From positions 39,866,001 through 39,930,000 of the forward strand of contig NW_027361810.1 in NCBI RefSeq assembly GCF_039654945.1: DNA of 64,000 nucleotides, written 5' to 3'. This document shows positions 55,702 to 64,000 of the stretch, piece by piece (the first letter of the stretch is position 1; each line of letters opens with the position of its first letter). A program made the position numbers and the translations under genes. Below the pieces are notes generated by a model. That model searched no databases, was not told the origin of the DNA, and was given only the letters and a program-made list of their open reading frames with translations. Source of the DNA: Dendrobates tinctorius. Lineage: Eukaryota.

Positions 55702-56993
55702 GGCCTGATTATACTGTGACGACTCCTGGAGTGGACCCTCTGGGTCGTGACACCAACCCTCCCAGGGCGAGCTGACCTAGTGAAGACCACCCCCTATACA
55801 GGGAGCGTCAGGGGCAAGCCCCAGGGGGTGAGGCACCACGACTGCTGGCACCAGGCGGCCGGCTCACAGGAGACACGAGTGGGTGAGAGTGTCTGCAGGA
55901 ACGTGTAAAGTGTGGACACGGGAACACGTGGTATACAGAGACTTCGTTCGTCCGGGTGTGAGTGAAGCAGGAAGCGTGCAAGGAGCACGTCAGAGCACTG
56001 AGTCAGGCAGCAGGTGTGCCAGGAGGTGTAACAGAGTAAGAGACTGAGTACAGGATCAGAGTGTGTGCCCGGAGGCACAACTGAGTATAAGACAGAGCAC
56101 GGAATCAGAGTGTGTGCCAGGAGGCACGACTGAGTATAAGACGGAGTACAGGGTAAGAGCGTGTGCCAGGAGGCACAACCGAGTATGAGACAGAGTACAG
56201 AGTCAGAGCATGTGCCAGGAGGCACAACCGAGTACGAGACAGAACACCGGGTCAGAGCGTGTGCCAGGAGGCACAGCCAAGTACAAAGCAGAGTGCAGAT
56301 TCAGAGCGTGTGCCAAGAGGCACAACAGAGTGCAAGGCAGAGGACCTGAGTACAGCGCACAGCCAGGCAGGGACACGGCAGACCAAGCCAGGAAGCACAA
56401 CAATAATCAGGCACCTCCCCTAGGGGGAGGTCGTCTGATATAGCACATGACTACTACTGGTTCCGGGTCAGGACCTAGCCAGAAAGCACATGACCACTAC
56501 AGGTTCCGGGTCAGGTCCTCCATTACCATAGAGAGGACCGAGCCCTATACAGCACTGACAGGAGCGCGCAAGCGCAAACGTGACATGTAGGAGGAGACCC
56601 GGGGACGAGAGCTGTGCGTGCGCACCCTACGGGACCCCCGGAGTGACCGCAGCTCCGGAAGAGATGACGTCGGGACCGAGGTCCCGCCCCCAGGTGAGCA
56701 CGGCGTGACACTTATAAATACTAACGCCATTTAAAAAAACAAACATTAATATCAATCCGCGCATTGTTTGAAAGTGAGGGTTTTATCCAAATGAGATTAA
56801 CATTGTAAGCAATTTAATGTAAATTAATATAGGCTCATATAGAGATCACCGACATGCACACCGGGGGAAGGGGTGTGTTCCTGGATAACGTCCGGGGCTG
56901 GTGGACGTTGTGGCGGTATGCTTAAATGGAGGGGGATATCAAGGCGATCCAGCTATTGTACCACTTCAGGACACAAGTTATGATGACATCAGG

Positions 56994-57031
56994 CCTCCTG
57001 ATGAGTCCAGACGGGGCGAAACGCGTTGAGG
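56994..57031 (+). ncRNA. Minimal type I hammerhead ribozyme
   Basis: CCUC CUGAUGA GUCC-AGACG-GGGC GAAA CGCGUU GAGG. Confidence 0.85.
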
Positions 57032-58717
57032 TGCTGTAAGCTATGAGGCAGATGGCGGGTGATACGATGAGTATTTAAACCATATATATCTGAGCAGTCC
57101 ACTGGTTGTATCTGCACATCATTGTCTGACCCCGGATGGGGTTCATTGTTTAATACAGTGGTTATAGGTTCAGTGGACATTGATCCCTGTTGGAATAAAA
57201 TGCACTATGTATCTGAGGGTGACCCCCCTATGATGCTGTCGATCTTGTGCCTAAACTATCTGATCAGAGGTATTGTCCTTTTTGATGGGACTAGGTATAT
57301 TTTTGAGGGTGATTCCCTTTACTGTCTATTTCTATTTTTGTGCTAAAATTATCTGAGCTGATGTATATGGTAATAATTTAAAATCTAGAACTGAAAATTT
57401 ATATCTCTCATCGTTCCTCTACATGTTGAGTGGTGATTTAACTGACACCATATGCTCTGGGTATTCTTCCAAAGGAGGGTTTGGCATCTTTGTATTGATT
57501 TCTCACCTTAATACGCCATGATTCTGCCGGTGTGTTCCTATATATGTTTTTAACTTTTTGGGGTGTAGGGTCCTCTTTATCACAGGAATACCTCTGTATA
57601 GCGATAGAGGTCCCTTTAGCACTAGGAATGGGATCCCCTAGTGGCTGCAGGGTGGAATAGGGTCCCTAGGGAGAGTCATGGTCGAGCGGGGGCGCCACAA
57701 CGTCCCCCCTAGGGTGCCAACCTCCGCGGCAAGGAAGGCGTGAGTGTTAGATTGCATCAGGGACTCCTAGGAAATCCCCATTTTAATCTTATTTCTTTGG
57801 CACTTTGTTTGTTTTTTTGTTGTTGTGTTCACTGTGTGGTATGACCCCTTGTTGGGTTTTTTTATTAATAAAGAATAAAGTATAATGTTTTAGGGTTTTT
57901 GATATGATTTTTGGCTAGAGACCCTGGTTATATCTTATATTCAGAGTTTTGTCAACTTTAGACTAACAACAGAAAACGTCTTCAAAAGAAGTCAATAGTT
58001 ACTGCAGCTTTAAGAGGAATAAGATAAAGATTGCAAGCGATGACTGTGGGTAGAAAATGATCATGCAAAATCCCACAGTCAGCACTTCTTAATATTCCTG
58101 TGTCTCAGCTTATCACCGACACCACAACCTCACGCCTATTATCAGTTATAACTTCCCCTACAGAAATGACGGTCACAGAAAATATAAATAGCAATTAACA
58201 TACAGAAGGAAGTCTGGAGTGTTCAGTGAGAGTCAATTCGTCACATTCTGGGGAAAGAACTTGAAAAACAGACCTGATATTCTTCAAAATCCCCATGGAG
58301 AAACTATGATGAAAAGTAATTTTCCCTCCTTTCTTCACCACCACAAATGGCCCAATTTTACTGTATATGCGCTAAAATTTGCATAAATGTGTTTCCCAAG
58401 TACTGTAGGTATCCCCTTCTAATACATTACAGCAATGCGCACCCAAGGCCATGAACATACTATGTGCTTCACCTATTAAAAGCGCAGCATGAGAACATGT
58501 CAAGAACCTACTACGGTAGATCCATGATGTGCAGCATGAATCAGAGACTTTTTGCATGATGGCAACCAGGTATATTTTTCTCATAAATACTCAGAGAAAA
58601 TATATTAGAAGATCCAGTCGGGGACCATAGGGATGGACAAGTGTAGTCCGCCACTGCCCCTGGATGACTTTTACCAGCCCTGCTCTAGGTGATTGATAGG
58701 GCTCTCGCTATGGGAGA

Positions 58718-59115
58718 TATCTATGAAGAAGTTGGTGCCCAGATGATGTAGAACAAAGATGATTTATTTGCAATCCACGGTGACCATATATGACGTTTCG
58801 GTCTCGGTTTAGACCTTCTTCAGATATACGGATTGCAATAGAAGTATATAGGACTTAATTCCGAAACTATATAAAGGATACAGCCCGACTAGAGAGTAGG
58901 AATACCACTAGAGGTATGGTGCCCATAGGAGTCAACATATATCTTAAGAAGGTCTAAAATAAACTGAGACCGAAATGTAATATATGTTCAATTTCGATCG
59001 CAAATAAATAATCCTTGCTCTGCATCATTTGAGTACTGAGTTCTTCATTGATAATATACTACGGATTGGGCTCCTATTTGTGCACCTGCTTTCAGGAGTG
59101 TCGTGTGCTACTACT
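58718..59115. mobile_element. Older Penelope-like fold-back remnant
   Basis: Diverged inverted arms about 58718-58828 / 58938-59053; degenerate 16-bp TSD TCTCGCTATGGGAGAT / TCTCGCCATGAGACAT. Confidence 0.65.
58787..58828 (-). ncRNA. Minimal type I hammerhead ribozyme
   Basis: UAUAU CUGAAGA A GGUC-UAAACCGA-GACC GAAA C GUC AUAUA; decayed inverted copy at about 58938-58985. Confidence 0.72.
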
Positions 59116-59789
59116 TCTCGCCATGAGACATTAGGTCGTTCTGTGCTGACAAAGTCCCTTTAAGTTTAACATGAAAAATGCCAGCTGTTAATGAATCGGG
59201 CCATAGAGTCAACGAATATCTACATTATTCCGTCTGGAAAGTTCTCTGCTGACTGCTGGTAAATCCTATAGTGGTATCATTATAGTCTTCACTGACCAGG
59301 AGGAAAATCATTTACAGCCAGTTATATGGTAGTCGGAATAGAATCCTCTTAAACAGAAAACAATCATGGATACAATTATTGGTGTGTGCAATTATTCTGT
59401 AACTATCTTTTATAAAATTAGAGAGAGAATGACAGGAAGCGGCATATTCCCAGTATACTAAAAAGCTTGCGGTAACATCCATGCCGGTAACCATCTCATC
59501 CACTTCCATCTCTGTCTCCGGAAACATGTCTGACACTTATAATTCTGCCCCTGGCTTTGACCTCATGGTAATGGCGCCACGTAACTACCATTCTTGCCAC
59601 CAGATTGTTCCACCAACCAGTAGCCTACTTTGTGGCTCCAACTCAGGGGCACCTGTGTGAGTCCAAATCCCTGTACAAGGGCTAAAGGACAAAGGCCAGG
59701 CCCTCTTAGATCTGTAGACTGAGTGGCTTGCGCTAAGCCTGTCTGTGGAAGCTCTATTAAGGCTGTCACTGTGTCCATGTTATACTTGG

Positions 59790-60000
59790 TTAATAACTGG
59801 ATGAACCATGGTCAACAGGGACAATATGCAGCCTATTTTCAAGTGCCTCTTTATTGTGCATCTCGAAACAGCCACACTGCTAGTTTTCGGAGAGTCCAGT
59901 ATTTCAGCTGATGTTATTTGTGGGGTTTTCTTTGCATCACGAACAATTTTCCTGGCATTTGTCACAGGTCACAGGTGAGGATGTTATCTTTAGTAGCCAT
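59790..60000 (-). mobile_element. Deleted Tc1 fragment related to 15972-17602
   Basis: Shares GTTTTCTTTGCATC...TTTTCCTG and CAGGTCACAGGTGAGGATGTTA blocks with that element. Confidence 0.65.
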
Positions 60001-60584
60001 GATGTTATCAAAGCTAATATACAGTCACGTGGTTCAGAAGACGACCAAAAGGCACTGAAAAATGGGAATTTACTACAGGTATATTCCAAAGGGATTAGGA
60101 AATAAAAATGTAGCTGCAAATGCTTCTATATGCATCTTTCTAAATAGTTTTCATTAAAAGTTTTCTACTGTTTTGCTGCTGCAGAGTGTGCAGTGTCTAG
60201 AAGAGGTTTCTCTAGCTGTTTGATTTTGCAAAATCAGAACTTCTTCTGCTCCCCTGTTCCTTCTCTCAGGGGTAGTAATGCAGGGCCGGGACAAGGCATT
60301 TTGGTGTTCTGGGTGTCATGATCCAAGGTGGATCTGACAAGTAAATGGACAATGTGAACTTTTTTTTCCTTTGGCTTGGTGCCAAAGTGGGTTGATTGCC
60401 CCCGGTGGCCATTAGAATTATTACACGTGGTGTCGTTTGTTCTAAGTTGCCCCGGTGGTGGTGAGTGGTATTACACTTTAGTTTTAATGTGCACGTATTA
60501 CAAATCAGGTGTGAGGCTCTATAAAAGAGTTTCAGGTGTGTTTGATGATTGTTGGTGATATTGATAGTCATTTACAAGGAAGCC

Positions 60585-62207
60585 TGTAATGAATGAGTCA
60601 CCGAAGGAGGAAAAAACAAAAATACAAGCTAAGTCCAGAAAACCAGAGAGGTTGGTAGCTACCGGATTGCAGACCCCTGATCCTATCCACAACAACTAAC
60701 AGTAGCCGTGGGGGGTTCCTACGATGCCCTAGACCCCTCGATCACAGCCGAAGAACTAAATAGGCCTAAAGAAAGAAAGGGGAAATCTAAACTGCCCCAC
60801 AGCAGACCCCAAAGCAATAGGCAGCCCCCAACATATAATGACGGTGAAGCAAGATGAAAACACTAACACAGATAGAAAGATAGGCTGAGCAAACGAGGGG
60901 GCCCAAGCTGACTAAAAAGGACAGGATAGAAAAGCTGCTGTCTGCAATCCGTAAAAAACCCTACCAAAAAATGTCCCAACCGTCTGATAGGAAAAACAGG
61001 CCCTGAAGTCGCTGGGACTTCAAAAAGACTATATCAGCTGTTATGAATGAGTCACCGTAGGAGGCAAAAACAGAAATACTAGCTAAGTCCAGAAAACCAG
61101 AGAAGTTGGCAACTATCGGATTGCAGACCCCTGAACCTAACAACAACTAGCAGTAGCCGTGGGGGGTTCCTACGGTGCCCTAGACTCCTCGATCACAGCC
61201 GGAGAACTACATAGCCTAAAGACAGAAAGGGAAATCTAAACTGCCCCAGAGCAGACCCCAAAGCAATAGCCAGCCCCCAACATATAATGATGGTGAAGCA
61301 AGATGAAAAAACACTCACACAGATAGAAAGATAGCTGAGCAAATGATGGGGCCCAAGCTAACTATATAGGACAGGATAGAAAAGCTGCTGTCTGCAATCC
61401 GCCAAAACCCTCTCAAAAACAAGAGCCAACAGACTGATAGGGAAAAAAGCCCTGAAGACGCTAGGCTTCAAAAAGACAATATCAGTACTCAGGTATTTTC
61501 TGAAGACAGAGCAAAAAGGAATTCAGCTCACCCAGCAGGGAAAGGCAGAAATCAGAAAAACAAGGAAAAACAAAACTAAAACACAAATGCAAAAAGCAGA
61601 GCAGAAAAACTTAGCTTTTGAGGAGCAGGAATCAGACTGGTCTCCAAGAATCCCTCAGAGAAATCACCCGCAAGGCAGAAGGGCGTCGGCTGCCTTATAT
61701 CCAGTCAGCAATTCCAGTCACCCAGTCATGATCATTCTGCTCAGGTGCTTTGTAATCAGCCTCACTACCTTCCTTCACCAGAAGAGGGAGTTCATCAGAC
61801 CTCAATGGTGAAAGGGAAAATGAACTCACAACAATCAGTACTCAGGTAAGTTCTGAAGACAGAGCAAAAAGACAAACTGATCAGAGACAAAAATGGAACT
61901 CAGCACACCCCCGACCGGGGATGGCTGAACTCCAAAAAACAAGGTAAACAAAACAAAACTATAAGTTCAATAGCAGAGCAAAAACTTATCTTTGGGAAGC
62001 AGGAATCAGACTGGTCTCCAAGAATCCAGCAGAGAAATCACCAGCGACTCAGAAGGGCGTCGGCTGCCTTATATCCAGTCAGAAATTCCTGTTACCCAGT
62101 CATCATCTACCAGATCAGGTGTTTGGTAATCAGCCTCACTACCTTCCCTCACCAGAAGAGGGAGTTCATCAGACATCGACGGTGAAGGGGAAAATGAACT
62201 CACAACA
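60585..62207 (-). mobile_element. Solo LTR containing a second solo LTR of the same family (61039-61833)
   Basis: Both have TGT...ACAACA ends; GAAGC(C) outer and ATCAG inner duplications. Confidence 0.88.
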
Positions 62208-64000
62208 GAAGCCTGGGTGAAAGATGGAGCTGAGCTAGAGTCCTGGGCAGCCCAGCCAGATGGGACGAGTGCCAGCTATGGATTCTGCAAGAAGGGCTGG
62301 CATGGCGTGGTGGAGTCGCAGTTTATGGTGTCAGCAGGAGGGGCTTGCATGGCTTGGTGGAGTGGCGACTATGGTGAGAGTTGCACTCAGCATGCTGGAC
62401 TTGGTTGCTGAAAGCTGGACTCAAGCATGCTGGACTTATTGGCAGAAAAGTTGGACTCAAGCATGCTGGCATTTTGGCAGAAGCTTGACTCATCTTTGGG
62501 ACTCTGTTTACTGGGCAGCTGCAACTGGTGGTGGACTCTGCTCCAAGGCTGCACTATGGTGATGGATCCAGTTATGGTGATGGATCCGGTTGGAGGAGAA
62601 GATGCACGCAGGTGGTGGGCTCTGTTGCTGGGAGCGTAAGCAACAGAGCAAAGCTAAGTGGTGTCCCCCTGTTTTGTCACTTTCCCTTATGTGTGTTTAG
62701 TGCAGTGGTGGGATTAGTTTCCGCACCGACCAATTCCCTAGTGAGGGTTTAGGTGCAGGGCGAGACAGGTTTGAGGTACGCGTGCGTCGCCCGATGCAGA
62801 ACCGGCATAGGGAACGTTAGGAGTGCAGGGACACTGGCTCAAGGGAGTACAGGAGGTCTCCACATCCCTATTCCCGATCGCAGGGCCCACCATTGTTATT
62901 GTTACCCAGGTTTCCCCTTTATTACCTAAATTCGCCAGTTGGAGGCGGTGTATCCAGCTGCACGTTTTATTTTAAATCGCCCTACAGAAGGCGGTGTATC
63001 CAGGGTCACGCGTGTCATGGGTTCGCCTTGCGGTACTCGCTGCGTCCAGACACACGTGACCATGACACTGGGCAAATGAAGCCAATGGCACCCCTTCCTT
63101 CCCTTCCTAACGTATCCCTGCACCCCTCCAGATGTGTTGTAATAAGTAGGTGCTGGGATGCAGTAACACAAATGCTGCAGAGCAGGGATCAACTATATTT
63201 TATTATTTAACAGTGGGAAAACTCCTCACAGGGAGATAGCAGGGTAAACAAAGAGTACAAAGGTCAAACTAAGTAAGAGTTGGTTAACTAAGCAGTCTCT
63301 TGTTAATGGTTTCACTTATCGTGACTCCGCAACCTGTCACTCGCTGAAGGTCTCGTGGGTAGCAGGATGCTGGTGGCAGTCGGTGTGGTGTCTGCTGGCG
63401 TCCTTGCCTAGCACATGGTCCTTCTTCTGGCGGCAGCGGTGGTCTTCGGTTTTGCACGCTGAGCCCCTAGTCTATATATCTGTGGAGTAAGAGAAGAGAG
63501 TAGAGCTCCCCACAAGATTCCTCTCGGCGTGGGTCTCCTTGAGTAGCCGCCGTGATCTGAAGGGCTGCGCTGCAATGCTTTACCCGATGTGCGCCTCTGG
63601 ATATCAGCCGACAACCGGACGTTCGTACTGCGATGCTCCGTTGATCGTACGCTCCCCTGCACACCCGCCGGTTTCGGTAAGGCCCTTTCTCTTCACGTCG
63701 CGATCTGTCGCTCCCCAGTGGTTGCAGTCTACTCCTCATTGGCATTCTGGCGGGAAGACCGCTTCAGTTGCCGTGCAACCCATTTTACCTCACATTGCCT
63801 GGCCACACCCCCTTCACCCTGGTTACCGGCTCGCTCCGGCTGCAATCTCGTTCCCCCCAGGAACTGGAGGTTCGGCCCCAGCAGTTCCAGACCCGTCGCT
63901 TCAGCAGCTGTAGCAGCCCAGTTCTCCCTTCTACAGTGTCACATAAGAAGCTCTGACCGCCACTTCCACTAGAATTGTTACATTTTTCACCAAGGCTTTA

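Larger units (their letters stand above)
50723..56710 (-). mobile_element. Young sushi-like chromovirus (Gypsy) LTR retrotransposon
   Basis: 996-bp LTRs 50723-51718 and 55715-56710 with about 5 differences seen; CTTAT TSD; PPT at about 51721-51742; no tRNA PBS. Confidence 0.96.
49288..57952. mobile_element. Penelope-like element with about 1.05-kb inverted pseudo-LTRs, interrupted by a chromovirus
   Basis: Inverted arms about 49287-50341 / 56847-57908; 16-bp TSD CAACTTTAGACTAACA at 49272 and 57953; hammerhead in each arm. Confidence 0.85.

Noticed and set aside
62214-64000. GC-rich LTR-like and gag-like remnants with short ORFs
   Set aside because: Boundaries and protein motifs cannot be supported from the sequence alone.

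Overview
Eukaryotic, repeat-rich window; the TE families suggest an anuran frog genome (inference). The only host coding sequence I can support is one 113-nt minus-strand exon of the kinase STK39/SPAK (578-690), so the rest is most likely its large upstream intron. That intron holds an apparently intact autonomous PIF/Harbinger transposon (2186-8322) with a spliced MADF gene, a spliced DDE transposase and two hairpin arrays; two Tc1 elements; CR1 and Rex1 LINE fragments; a decayed tRNA-Ser-primed Gypsy; a young sushi-like chromovirus; solo LTRs; and MITEs. Strongest unexplained signals: (1) a TSD-flanked fold-back element with two inverted U3 ends joined through a tRNA-Ser PBS (28965-30521); (2) four unrelated TSD-flanked inverted-repeat elements each carrying a minimal Penelope-type hammerhead ribozyme, one with a compensatory U3-A8 core; (3) tandem hairpin and palindrome arrays inside the Harbinger. 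Coordinates were read by eye and may be off by a few bases.
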